A DNA stretch of 64,000 bases, from NCBI GenBank assembly GCA_964575345.1, contig CAZNQD010000001.1, positions 33,145 through 97,144 on the forward strand, written 5' to 3'. Source of the stretch: an uncultured Bacteroidales bacterium (GTDB taxonomy: Bacteria; Bacteroidota; Bacteroidia; Bacteroidales; UBA1402). Positions 1 to 9,315 of this stretch are shown here, piece by piece (position 1 is the first letter of the stretch; each line of letters starts with the position of its first letter). A program made the translations under genes and the position numbers. The notes below the pieces were generated by a model. That model made no database searches and was not told where the DNA came from. It saw only the letters and a program-made list of their open reading frames with translations.

Positions 1-365
1 GAGCCGCAGCCGGGCGCATAGGGAATGAGCCGACGATTGCAAACCTTTGCTACTTCAGGATTGAACAGCGGACCGACAATAAAATTGGCTCCCAGCTGAA
101 TGTACAGCGAGGCCGTTCCGGCGTCTATGACCGAACCGGCACCCATAATCATTTCAGGACAGGCTTTATCGGCATATTTGACCAGTTCCTTGAAAACTTC
201 CTGCGCAAAGTCGCCCCTGTTGGTAAATTCAAAAACACGAACACCCCCCTGGTAACAAGCCAGCAAGACTTGCCTGGCCACTTCGGTGTCTTTGTGGTAG
301 AAGACAGGTATCATGCCGCTTGTGCAAATTGTATTGATTACCTGCTGTTTTGAAAATTTCGCCAT
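1..365 (-). CDS. eda: 2-dehydro-3-deoxyphosphogluconate (KDPG)/KHG aldolase. The N-terminal part is present and the gene runs off the window start.
   Basis: Manual translation from ATG (363-365, minus) gives [26 protein letters not shown]...[11 protein letters not shown]...IMGAGSVID, a class I KDPG aldolase pattern. It lies 12 nt downstream of kdgK in a hexuronate operon arrangement. Confidence 0.85.
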   Translation of the reverse strand, partial: MAKFSKQQVINTICTSGMIPVFYHKDTEVARQVLLACYQGGVRVFEFTNRGDFAQEVFKELVKYADKACPEMIMGAGSVIDAGTASLYIQLGANFIVGPLFNPEVAKVCNRRLIPYAPGCG

Positions 366-377
366 AATTATTCTTGT

Positions 378-1421
378 TTATCTGGATACCCTGCCCGAAG
401 CGTCTCCGCTCATCAGTTTCTCGACTTCGGCCACAGATACTAAATTGAAATCTCCGTAAATGGTATGCTTCAGGCAGGAAGCAGCCACAGCAAACTCCAA
501 TGCCTTTTGATCATCGCCTTTGTAGGTAAGCAATCCGTAGATAAGCCCTCCCATAAAGGAATCGCCTCCGCCGACTCTGTCGACGATATGGCTGATATCG
601 TAGGATTTTGAGCTGTAGAGTTTTTCCCCATCGTAAAGCACTCCGGCCCAGGTATTGTGATTGGCATTGATGGAACCTCTCAGGGTGATGATTACTTTTT
701 TTGCCCTGGGAAAGCGTTGCATCAATTGAGTACAAACCGATTCAAAGGCAGCAGCATCTACTTTGCCCTGAGTAGTTTCGGCCTCGAAACCTTCGGGTTT
801 GATGCCAAAGACTTTTTCGGCATCTTCTTCGTTACCCAGAATAATATCGCAGCCTTTTACCAGTTCCGGCATGACTTCGGAGGCTTTTTTGCCGTATTTC
901 CAGAGATTCTTGCGGTAGTTCAGGTCGGTGGATACCGTTATGCCCATTTTGTTGCAGGCTCTGATGGCTTCCAGGCAAACCAGGGCTGCACCTTCGGAGA
1001 TAGCCGGAGTGATGCCGGTCCAATGGAACCAGTCGGCGCCCTGTAATACTTTTTCCCAGTCGATCATACCGGGCTGAATCTCGGCAATGGAAGAATGTGC
1101 CCGATCGTAAACCACCTTGCTGGGACGGGCTACGGCTCCGGTTTCCAGAAAATATATACCCAAACGTTCGCCTCCGTAGATGAGGTGTTCGGTGCCGACT
1201 CCGTGTTTGCGTAAATTCATAACGCAGGAAGCTGCAATGTCGTTCTGGGGCAGCCGGCTTATAAAATCCACCTTAATCCCGTAATTGGCCAGCGATACTG
1301 CCACGTTAGCCTCTCCTCCGCCAAAACTGGCATTCAGGCTCGTCGTCTGGTTAAAACGCAAGTATTCGGGGGTAGCTAAACGCAACATTATTTCCCCGAA
1401 GGTAACCACTCTTTTACTCAT
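378..1421 (-). CDS. kdgK: 2-dehydro-3-deoxygluconokinase (PfkB family sugar kinase)
   Basis: ORF 378..1436. It has the N-terminal VVTFGEIMLRL motif and the C-terminal VDRVGGGDSF anion-hole motif of PfkB kinases. I prefer ATG 1421 (MSKRVVTFGE); the alternative is ATG 1436. Confidence 0.9.
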   Translation of the reverse strand: MSKRVVTFGEIMLRLATPEYLRFNQTTSLNASFGGGEANVAVSLANYGIKVDFISRLPQNDIAASCVMNLRKHGVGTEHLIYGGERLGIYFLETGAVARPSKVVYDRAHSSIAEIQPGMIDWEKVLQGADWFHWTGITPAISEGAALVCLEAIRACNKMGITVSTDLNYRKNLWKYGKKASEVMPELVKGCDIILGNEEDAEKVFGIKPEGFEAETTQGKVDAAAFESVCTQLMQRFPRAKKVIITLRGSINANHNTWAGVLYDGEKLYSSKSYDISHIVDRVGGGDSFMGGLIYGLLTYKGDDQKALEFAVAASCLKHTIYGDFNLVSVAEVEKLMSGDASGRVSR

Positions 1422-1440
1422 TAGATCTGATGTCATAAAT

Positions 1441-1481
1441 AAACGGCTGCAAAATAAAGAAAAATTTCATTGCAGCCGTTT
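1441..1481 (-). other. Intercistronic stem-loop between uxaC and kdgK
   Basis: Perfect 11-bp inverted repeat AAACGGCTGCA (1441-1451) / TGCAGCCGTTT (1471-1481) with a 19-nt AT-rich loop. There is no clear U-tract on the transcribed strand. Confidence 0.4.
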
Positions 1482-1492
1482 ATATAGATCGT

Positions 1493-2899
1493 TTAAAATT
1501 TAAAAAATGTCTTGGCGTTGTAGTAGGATACTCCTTCAACCATCTTACCCAGGAAGTCCATTTCGCTGTAAGGTATTTCACCTTTGACCACATCAACACC
1601 TATCAGGTTGCACATAATGCGGCGGAAATATTCGTGACGGGGGTATGAGAGGAAACTTCTGGAATCGGTAAGCATTCCTACAAACCGGCTCAAAAGGCCA
1701 AGTACAGACAAGGAGTTCATCTGCGCGGTCATACCGTATTTCTGATCCAGGAACCACCAGCCCGATCCGAATTGAATCTTGCCGGCTACAGAACCATCCT
1801 GGAAATTACCCAGCATAGTGGCAATTAAATCGTTATCACGTGGGTTGAGGTTGTAAATAATGGTTTTGGCCAGCTGGTTGTTTTTGTCCAGACGGTTCAG
1901 AAATTTTGACATTTTCTTACCGACGTTGAAGTCTCCGATGGAATCAAAACCGGTGTCGGGGCCTAATTTAGCAAACAACCTGGAATTGTTGTTGCGTATG
2001 GCTCCGTAATGGAATTGCTGTGTCCAGCCCTTTTCTGCATCCATCAGGGCAAATTCCACCATCATGGCCGATTTGAATTGCAGGATTTCTTCCTGAGACA
2101 ACTCTTTTCCACCGTATACCTTATTAAAGATGGTGTCAATTTGGGCCTGAGTATAATCTTCGGCATAAAATTCCTCTATGCCGTGGTCGCTGAGTTTACA
2201 ACCCACCGAAGCAAAGAAATCGTGACGTACGCGAAGAGCAGCAATTAAATCACTGTAGCTGGATATGTTCATTCGGGCTACCTCGGCCAGCTTCTCCACG
2301 TAAGTTCTGAACGATTTCGAATCTTCTACGGCCATGGCTTTGTCAGGACGCCAGGTGGGCAGGACTTTAATCTCAAAACCCTCTTTTTTGAGGGCCAAAT
2401 GATGCTCGAGGCTCTCCACCGGATCGTCGGTAGTGCAGACGGTTTCGACCTTATATTTACGCATCAGTCCGCGGGCACTGAATTCAGGAGTACGCAGTTT
2501 GACGGTGCATTCGTCAAAAATCTCGCGGGCTGTTTCCGGTTTGAGTATTTTGTTAACGCCAAAAGCAGTTTTCAACTCCAGGTGAGTCCAGTGATACAAG
2601 GGATTACGCATCGTATAGGGAAGGGTTTCGGCCCATTTTTCGAATTTTTCCCAGTCGCTGGTATCCTTACCGGTACAATAACGCTCATCAATTCCGTTGG
2701 TGCGCATGGCACGCCATTTATAATGGTCACCTTCGAGCCAGATCTGTCCCAGGTTGTCAAATTTGTGATCTTTGGCAATGTATTCAGGATTCAGGTGGCA
2801 GTGATAATCGATAATAGGCAGATTTTTGGCGTGTTGGTGAAAAAGCTGTTCCGATACTTCGTTGTCCAGCATAAAATTTTCGTCCATGAATGCTTTCAT
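1493..2899 (-). CDS. uxaC: Glucuronate isomerase
   Basis: The ORF contains the IIDYHCHL metal-binding motif and is UxaC-like throughout. ATG 2899 (MKAFMDENF...) gives about 468 aa. The upstream extension to 2983 starts at TTG and lies in the leader. Confidence 0.95.
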   Translation of the reverse strand: MKAFMDENFMLDNEVSEQLFHQHAKNLPIIDYHCHLNPEYIAKDHKFDNLGQIWLEGDHYKWRAMRTNGIDERYCTGKDTSDWEKFEKWAETLPYTMRNPLYHWTHLELKTAFGVNKILKPETAREIFDECTVKLRTPEFSARGLMRKYKVETVCTTDDPVESLEHHLALKKEGFEIKVLPTWRPDKAMAVEDSKSFRTYVEKLAEVARMNISSYSDLIAALRVRHDFFASVGCKLSDHGIEEFYAEDYTQAQIDTIFNKVYGGKELSQEEILQFKSAMMVEFALMDAEKGWTQQFHYGAIRNNNSRLFAKLGPDTGFDSIGDFNVGKKMSKFLNRLDKNNQLAKTIIYNLNPRDNDLIATMLGNFQDGSVAGKIQFGSGWWFLDQKYGMTAQMNSLSVLGLLSRFVGMLTDSRSFLSYPRHEYFRRIMCNLIGVDVVKGEIPYSEMDFLGKMVEGVSYYNAKTFFKF

Positions 2900-3015
2900 T
2901 TTGGATATGTTTTGGTGGTTAAAAAAGTCCACGAATATACGAATTATTTTTTGATGAGCAGAAGGCTTATATTTGGCAAACAAGCATTACTTTTGCAACG
3001 AAAAGGCCAAAAAGA

Positions 3016-3047
3016 ATGAAGTCCGCCTTTCACAAGGCGGACTTCAT
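3016..3047 (-). terminator. Terminator-like hairpin in the uxaC leader (possible attenuator)
   Basis: Perfect 12-bp stem ATGAAGTCCGCC (3016-3027) / GGCGGACTTCAT (3036-3047) with an 8-nt loop. On the minus strand it is followed by TCTTTTTGGCCTTTT. Confidence 0.45.
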
Positions 3048-3071
3048 ATAGTTTTCAATAGGTATTAGTCT

Positions 3072-3079
3072 CAAAGGTA
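3072..3079 (-). promoter_or_regulatory. -7 promoter box (TACCTTTG) for the uxaC-kdgK-eda operon
   Basis: Perfect TAnnTTTG match on the minus strand. It is the only perfect match I found between uxaC and glnS on that strand. Confidence 0.4.
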
Positions 3080-3214
3080 AAAAAGATTGTGTTAGGTTAA
3101 CGGCAGCAAAGATTCAGCTTTTTTTACAGACCAGCAAAAAAAAACTTATATTATAAAACATATTTTTGGAGCATTGTTTCTTGCTGCCAATTTGAATCTT
3201 GCGGAATTAGGCAG

Positions 3215-3222
3215 TATATTTG
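3215..3222 (+). promoter_or_regulatory. -7 promoter box (TATATTTG) for glnS
   Basis: Perfect TAnnTTTG match ending about 19 nt before the glnS ATG. Confidence 0.45.
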
Positions 3223-3240
3223 GAACTATTTTTAAATAAT

Positions 3241-4944
3241 ATGACAGTAGAAGACACCAATACCGAAGGCTCCAGAAAAAGCCTGAATTTTATAGAGCAG
3301 ATCGTTGAAAATGATTTAAGGGAGGGGAAAAATCAAGGGAGAATTGCCACCCGTTTTCCTCCAGAACCCAATGGTTATCTGCATATTGGCCATGCCAAGG
3401 CCATTTGCCTGGATTTTGGAATTGCCCAAAAATACGGAGGCACCTGCAATTTGCGTTTTGACGATACCAATCCCATCAAAGAAGATGTTGAATACGTCGA
3501 TTCCATTATGGAAGATATACATTGGCTGGGATTTAGCTGGGATAATTTATTTTATGCTTCCGATTATTTCGGAAAACTTTTTCAATTTGCACAGGAACTG
3601 ATTAAAAGAGGCTTGGCTTATGTGGATGACCAGTCTGCCGAAGTGATAGCTCAACAAAAAGGCACACCCACCAGCCCCGGCATCAATAGCCCCTATCGCA
3701 ACAGATCTGCCGAAGAGAACCTGGATTTGTTTTTGAGAATGCAAGCCGGCGAATTTGACGAAGGCAGCCGTGTTTTAAGAGCCAAAATTGATATGGCTCA
3801 TTCCAATATGCATTTTCGCGACCCGCTGATGTATCGTATTTTAAAACAAGCCCACCACCGTACAGGCAATGCCTGGAATGTATATCCATTATATGATTTT
3901 GCTCACGGACAATGCGATTATTTTGAAGGCATTACCCATTCGCTCTGTACCCTGGAGTTTGAGATACACCGACCGCTCTACGATTGGTTCATAGATCAGC
4001 TGAAAGACAGCGATTACCGGCCCAGGCAAATTGAATTCAACCGCCTGAACATGACCTATACCGTTATGAGTAAGCGAAAAATGCTGCAATTGGTCAAAGA
4101 AGGTTTTGTCCGGGGCTGGGATGATCCCCGTATGCCTACCCTTTGCGGTTTGCGCAGACGTGGCTACACGCCCGAATCCATACGGAACTTTGTGGACAGG
4201 ATAGGTTATACGAAGTTTGACGGAGTGATAGATCAGGGCTTATTGGAATTTGCCGTACGCGAGCATCTCAACAAGATTGCTCCCCGGGTAAGTGCCGTAT
4301 TGAATCCTGTCAGGCTTATTATTACAAATTATCCCGAAGGAAAGGTAGAATGGAACGAAGCGGTCAATAATCCTGAAGACGAAAATGCAGGCAGCCGCCA
4401 AATTCCCTTTGCCCGTGAATTGTATGTTGAAAGGGATGACTTTATGGAAGAAGCACCCAAAAAATTTTATCGCTTGACCCCCGGACAGGAAGTAAGGCTT
4501 AAAAATGCCTATATAGTGCAATGTACGGGTTGTAAAAAAGGGGCCGATGGTGAAGTGCAGGAAATTTATTGCACCTACGATCCCCTGACCAAAGAAGGAG
4601 GCCCCGAAAGCAACCGTAAGGTGAAAGCCACCCTGCATTATGTTACTGTTGAGAAAAGTCTGCCGGCCGAAGTCCGTTTATACGACCGCTTGCTGACGGT
4701 AGAAAATCCGGCCGAAGATAAAGAGAGGGATTTCATGGACATGCTGAATCCCGAATCGCTCAAGGTTTTGAAACATTGCCGTGTGGAGGCTTCGCTGCAG
4801 GATGCCCGTCCACTGGATCATTTTCAGTTTCTGCGTATGGGGTATTTCAATCTCGACCCCGATTCCCGCCCCGGCCGATTGATTTTTAACCGGACTGTAG
4901 GCCTTAAGGACACCTGGGGCAAGATCGCTGAAAAAATAAGATAA
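3241..4944 (+). CDS. glnS: Glutamine--tRNA ligase
   Basis: Class I aaRS motifs are present: HIGH-type (NGYLHIGHAK) and KMSKS-type (VMSKR). The protein is GlnRS-like throughout. I prefer ATG 3241 over TTG 3220. Confidence 0.95.
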   Translation: MTVEDTNTEGSRKSLNFIEQIVENDLREGKNQGRIATRFPPEPNGYLHIGHAKAICLDFGIAQKYGGTCNLRFDDTNPIKEDVEYVDSIMEDIHWLGFSWDNLFYASDYFGKLFQFAQELIKRGLAYVDDQSAEVIAQQKGTPTSPGINSPYRNRSAEENLDLFLRMQAGEFDEGSRVLRAKIDMAHSNMHFRDPLMYRILKQAHHRTGNAWNVYPLYDFAHGQCDYFEGITHSLCTLEFEIHRPLYDWFIDQLKDSDYRPRQIEFNRLNMTYTVMSKRKMLQLVKEGFVRGWDDPRMPTLCGLRRRGYTPESIRNFVDRIGYTKFDGVIDQGLLEFAVREHLNKIAPRVSAVLNPVRLIITNYPEGKVEWNEAVNNPEDENAGSRQIPFARELYVERDDFMEEAPKKFYRLTPGQEVRLKNAYIVQCTGCKKGADGEVQEIYCTYDPLTKEGGPESNRKVKATLHYVTVEKSLPAEVRLYDRLLTVENPAEDKERDFMDMLNPESLKVLKHCRVEASLQDARPLDHFQFLRMGYFNLDPDSRPGRLIFNRTVGLKDTWGKIAEKIR

Positions 4945-4964
4945 TACCATTGTTTTGAACCGGC

Positions 4965-6338
4965 ATGAAGGCAAGAGAAGACGATAGTATACCTGCATTA
5001 GTCAAGCGTTATGAACAACAACGCTCCAACGGCCTGTTGCAGTATTTTGACGTGGACGAATTCGATCGTATTGCCGATTATTACCTGGACCGGGGCCGCA
5101 CCAACAAGCTCTCGGAAGTGGTCAGCTCTGCTTTGCGCATTCATCCCAACAGCACTGTCATTCATCTGAAACGTGCCATTTTGTATGTGGAAACCGGTGA
5201 ACCGATGAAAGCCCTGCAGTTGCTGGACCGTTTACCTGAACAGGAAGATACTGATTTTGTACGGGCTGCCGCTTTATTGAAACTTAAGAGAAAAACAGAG
5301 GGTCTGGCCTTGCTCAAAGATATGGTAGCCAAAGAACAATACGATAAGGATCTGGCTTGTCTTGAGGCAGTGAATGTATTAAGTGCTGAAAATCTGTATA
5401 AGGAAGCCCTGGATTTTGTACAGCAAGGCCTGGAACACAATCCTGACAACACCGATTTAATGTCAGAAGGCGCCTTTTGTGCTGAACAATTGAACGACAT
5501 GCAGGCCTCGGAACATTATTACCGAATGTTGCTCGAGGTGGATGTTTATTCTTACGAAAACTGGTTCAACCTGGGGCAGATATTGTTTAGCCAGGAGCGC
5601 TTTGAAGAAGCATGCAAAGCTTACGATTTTGCGCTGGTAAGCAATCCCGGGTTTATGCCTGCAGTGCTTCAGATGGGGCATGCCTGTTTTCAAATGGAAC
5701 ATTACGAAGACGCGGCCAAGTATTACCTCGATTACCTGTTGACAGCCATAGATGAAAGCCTTACTTCTGCCGAAGGCAATACCATAGACGATTTAATGGT
5801 GTTTGTAGGCGAAGCTTTTGAGAAAGCAGAACAGTTTGAATCGGCCATGGAATGGTACGAACACGCACTGACCACCAATCCTGAAAATTTACAGGCCCAT
5901 ACCGGAATGGGAATTTGCTATCTGGAATTGAAGGATTACGAACAAAGCCTTCGGTATTTGGAAAAGGCCATCAAAATGGACGATAAACAAAGCGAGATCT
6001 GGGTTTATCTGGCCGAAGTTCTTGTTAATATGGATAAGGATGAGCAAGCCATCGTGGCCTATTTACATGCTCTAAGCCTGGATCCCTCCCAGGCCGAAGT
6101 GCTTTTTGCTCTCGGTAATTTGTATTACGATCTGCAAAAGTTCGAGTTGGCGCTGAAGTATTATTCCGATGCTGAATTACTGGACGCTGCTTTTCCCAAC
6201 ATACATTTGTACAAAGCACTGGCTTATGCCCGTAATGGAGATAAACTGCAGGCCGACCATTCTTTAAAACTGGCTTTGCTCAGTGACGTTCACGCAAGAG
6301 AATTGTTCGATCAAATCATCAGGGAGGAGCAGGAATGA
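4965..6338 (+). CDS. Tetratricopeptide-repeat protein
   Basis: 457 aa ORF with repeated A/Y/L-rich TPR-like helical hairpins (e.g. ...AIVAYLHALSLDPSQAEVLFALGNLYY...). Its end overlaps aroE by 4 nt (ATGA). Confidence 0.75.
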   Translation: MKAREDDSIPALVKRYEQQRSNGLLQYFDVDEFDRIADYYLDRGRTNKLSEVVSSALRIHPNSTVIHLKRAILYVETGEPMKALQLLDRLPEQEDTDFVRAAALLKLKRKTEGLALLKDMVAKEQYDKDLACLEAVNVLSAENLYKEALDFVQQGLEHNPDNTDLMSEGAFCAEQLNDMQASEHYYRMLLEVDVYSYENWFNLGQILFSQERFEEACKAYDFALVSNPGFMPAVLQMGHACFQMEHYEDAAKYYLDYLLTAIDESLTSAEGNTIDDLMVFVGEAFEKAEQFESAMEWYEHALTTNPENLQAHTGMGICYLELKDYEQSLRYLEKAIKMDDKQSEIWVYLAEVLVNMDKDEQAIVAYLHALSLDPSQAEVLFALGNLYYDLQKFELALKYYSDAELLDAAFPNIHLYKALAYARNGDKLQADHSLKLALLSDVHARELFDQIIREEQE

Positions 6339-7102
6339 AACGAGAATTCGGCCTGATCGGTTATCCTTTGACCCATTCTTTTTCCCGGGCCTACTTTAAC
6401 GAAAAATTCCAATCGGAGGGCATTGAGGCCGTTTATGAAAATTTTCCCCTGAAAAGCATTGAGGAATTTCCATCTCTGATTCGATCCCGACCGGCCCTGG
6501 CTGGATTAAATGTAACTATCCCTTACAAGCAAAGTGTCATTCCCTTTCTGGACGAACTGGGCACAGAAGCGGCCTCCATTGAGGCGGTAAATGTGATTGT
6601 CCCCGAAATCAAAGAGGGAAAAATCCGGCTAATTGGCCGCAACAGTGATTTTATAGGATTCAGAGATAGCATTTTGCCTGAAATTGAGCTTTTAAGGGCA
6701 TCGTGCCATCAACAACCAAAGGCATTGATATTAGGCACCGGCGGCGCCTCCAAAGCGGTTTATTATTCCTTGCAACAAATGGGCATTGAAGCCTATTTTG
6801 TTTCGCGTGATGCCGCTAAGGCTGCCTACACCTACACAATGCTGAATGCGGAACTCATGGATCGCTTTAAGATTATTGTCAATACTACTCCGCTGGGCAT
6901 GGCTCCCGACACGGATTCTTGTCCAGACTTGCCTTATCAGGACCTGGGGCAGGGGCATTTGCTCTACGATTTAGTATACAATCCTGCTCTTACCCGTTTT
7001 CTCAGCCTTGGCCAAAAGGCCGGAGCCCGTATCCTAAATGGAGCCGGCATGTTGAAAATTCAGGCTGAAGCAGCCTGGAAGATGTGGAACAGACAGCTTT
7101 AA
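6335..7102 (+). CDS. aroE: Shikimate dehydrogenase
   Basis: GLIGYPLTHSFS and NVTIPYK motifs, plus a GTGGASKAV Rossmann loop. Confidence 0.9.
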   Translation: MKREFGLIGYPLTHSFSRAYFNEKFQSEGIEAVYENFPLKSIEEFPSLIRSRPALAGLNVTIPYKQSVIPFLDELGTEAASIEAVNVIVPEIKEGKIRLIGRNSDFIGFRDSILPEIELLRASCHQQPKALILGTGGASKAVYYSLQQMGIEAYFVSRDAAKAAYTYTMLNAELMDRFKIIVNTTPLGMAPDTDSCPDLPYQDLGQGHLLYDLVYNPALTRFLSLGQKAGARILNGAGMLKIQAEAAWKMWNRQL

Positions 7103-7113
7103 AATTCTAAGAT

Positions 7114-9120
7114 ATGACTAAGACAGAAGAACACAAGCCGGTAGCCTCTTTGCCGGAAAATGCCTACAGAGAGTTGAAAGAGGGTGAATTGTATCATCCG
7201 GTGATGTCGCCCGGCAAAAAATACCCCGAAGCTACCTTATGGTCAGTGAGTTGGGGTATTTTGATGGCCATTTTGTTTTCGGCCGCTGCTGCCTACCTGG
7301 GATTGAAAATAGGCCAGGTCTTCGAAGCAGCCATACCCATTGCTATTATAGCTGTAGGTTTGTCCAGCCTGAGCAAACGAAAAAATGCCCTGGGCGAGAA
7401 CGTGTTGATTCAGTCCATAGGTTCTTCTTCGGGAGTGATAGTGGCAGGGGCTATATTTACCTTACCGGCTTTATATATTTTACAAGCCAAATACCCCGAT
7501 ATGAGCGTAAATTTCATTCAGGTCTTTTTGAGTTCACTGTTGGGAGGTATTTTGGGTATTTTGTTTTTGATTCCCTTTCGAAAGTATTTTGTGTCCGAAA
7601 TGCATGGTAAATACCCGTTCCCCGAAGCAACAGCTACCACCCAGGTGCTTATTTCGGGCGAACAGGGAGCCAGTCAGGCAAAACCTCTTGTAATATCCGG
7701 ATTAATCGGTGGTTTCTACGATTTTGTTATAGCCACTTTTGGCTCCTGGACCGAAGTTTTCAGCTCCAGAGTCAGCCAGTTTGGTACGATGATGGCAGAC
7801 AAGTTTAAATTGGTTTTCAGTATCAATACCGGAGCTGCCGTATTGGGGCTGGGTTATATTGTCGGCTTGAAATACGCTACTATCATTTGCCTTGGCTCGG
7901 CTTTAATCTGGTTTGTTATTGTGCCTTTGTTGCCTCTGTTTGGGGATACTTTTTTACAGTTTCTCAATCCGGCCATTAGCGATGGTGTGGCAGGTATGTC
8001 GCCCGAAGTTATTTTCAGCAGTTATGCCAGACACATTGGTATTGGCGGAATTGCCATGGCCGGAATAATAGGCATAGTGAAATCCTGGTCGGTTATAAAA
8101 AGCGCCCTGGGGCTGGCAGCTCGCGAGATGAAAGGCCAGGGAGCCAAATCGGACGGGCTGAATACCCAGGTAAGAACTGCTCGTGATTTGTCGATGAAGA
8201 TCATATTAATCGGTATAATTCTGGCCATTCTGGCGGTGTTTGCCTTCTTCTTTTTCGGTGTGATGCACTTAAATCTCTTGCACGCCATAGTAGGGATCCT
8301 GGTAGTAGGTATAATTGCTTTTCTGTTTACTACCGTTGCCGCCAATGCTATTGCCATAGTCGGAACCAATCCGGTTTCCGGTATGACATTGATGACTCTG
8401 ATTTTGGCTTCGGTCATTATGGTAGCGGTTGGTCTCAAAGGTTCGACAGGTATAGTTTCGGCCCTGATAATGGGCGGCGTGGTATGTACAGCCTTGTCTA
8501 TGGCCGGAGGCTTTATTACTGATCTCAAAATTGGTTATTGGCTGGGATCAACCCCTGCCGTCCAGCAAGGCTGGAAATTTTTAGGCACTCTGGTATCTGC
8601 ATTAACAGTAGGAGGGGTACTTATCATTCTGAACAAAACCTATGGTTTTGTAGGCGAAAATGCCCTGGTAGCTCCGCAGGCCAACGCCATGGCTGCCGTG
8701 ATAGATCCTTTAATGTCGGGAACGGCGGCACCCTGGTGGCTATACGCTACAGGTGCCCTTATTTCGCTGATCCTGAATTTTCTCCGTGTGCCAGCCCTGG
8801 CTTTTGCTCTGGGAATGTTTATTCCTTTCCAACTGAATATTCCTTTGGTCGTGGGTGGTTTAATCAACTGGTTTGTATCCAGGCGCAGCAAAGACAGCAA
8901 GCTGAATACGGCCAGAAACGAAAAAGGAACACTGATAGCTTCCGGTTTTATTGCCGGTGGAGCTTTGATGGGAGTTGTCAGTGCAGCCCTCCGTTTTGGA
9001 GGCATCGACTGGATGCTGACTTCATGGGCAGACAGTAAAGGGGCTGAAATGTTGTCCCTTCTGATGTACTCTCTGTTAATTGGCTATTTCGTTTTTTCTG
9101 TGTTGAAAAAGAAAAACTGA
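7114..9120 (+). CDS. OPT-family oligopeptide transporter
   Basis: 668 aa polytopic membrane protein whose length and pattern are typical of bacterial OPT transporters. Confidence 0.85.
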   Translation: MTKTEEHKPVASLPENAYRELKEGELYHPVMSPGKKYPEATLWSVSWGILMAILFSAAAAYLGLKIGQVFEAAIPIAIIAVGLSSLSKRKNALGENVLIQSIGSSSGVIVAGAIFTLPALYILQAKYPDMSVNFIQVFLSSLLGGILGILFLIPFRKYFVSEMHGKYPFPEATATTQVLISGEQGASQAKPLVISGLIGGFYDFVIATFGSWTEVFSSRVSQFGTMMADKFKLVFSINTGAAVLGLGYIVGLKYATIICLGSALIWFVIVPLLPLFGDTFLQFLNPAISDGVAGMSPEVIFSSYARHIGIGGIAMAGIIGIVKSWSVIKSALGLAAREMKGQGAKSDGLNTQVRTARDLSMKIILIGIILAILAVFAFFFFGVMHLNLLHAIVGILVVGIIAFLFTTVAANAIAIVGTNPVSGMTLMTLILASVIMVAVGLKGSTGIVSALIMGGVVCTALSMAGGFITDLKIGYWLGSTPAVQQGWKFLGTLVSALTVGGVLIILNKTYGFVGENALVAPQANAMAAVIDPLMSGTAAPWWLYATGALISLILNFLRVPALAFALGMFIPFQLNIPLVVGGLINWFVSRRSKDSKLNTARNEKGTLIASGFIAGGALMGVVSAALRFGGIDWMLTSWADSKGAEMLSLLMYSLLIGYFVFSVLKKKN

Positions 9121-9266
9121 AATAAGAATCCAAACCGAAATTTGAACCGATACAAGAATCAGAACCGGAATAGGGACCATAAAGCTTTGTTATATGTATA
9201 GAGATCGCCGTTTTTTAGCAACTGCGATTTTTTTATTATTTAGCTCAATTCCTACATTATATTTTA

Positions 9267-9274
9267 TATATTTG
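9267..9274 (+). promoter_or_regulatory. -7 promoter box (TATATTTG) for gdhA
   Basis: Perfect TAnnTTTG match about 42 nt upstream of the gdhA ATG. Confidence 0.4.
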
Positions 9275-9315
9275 AGCATATAATTTGTATGAATATATAA
9301 CCTTAATCAATAGCA

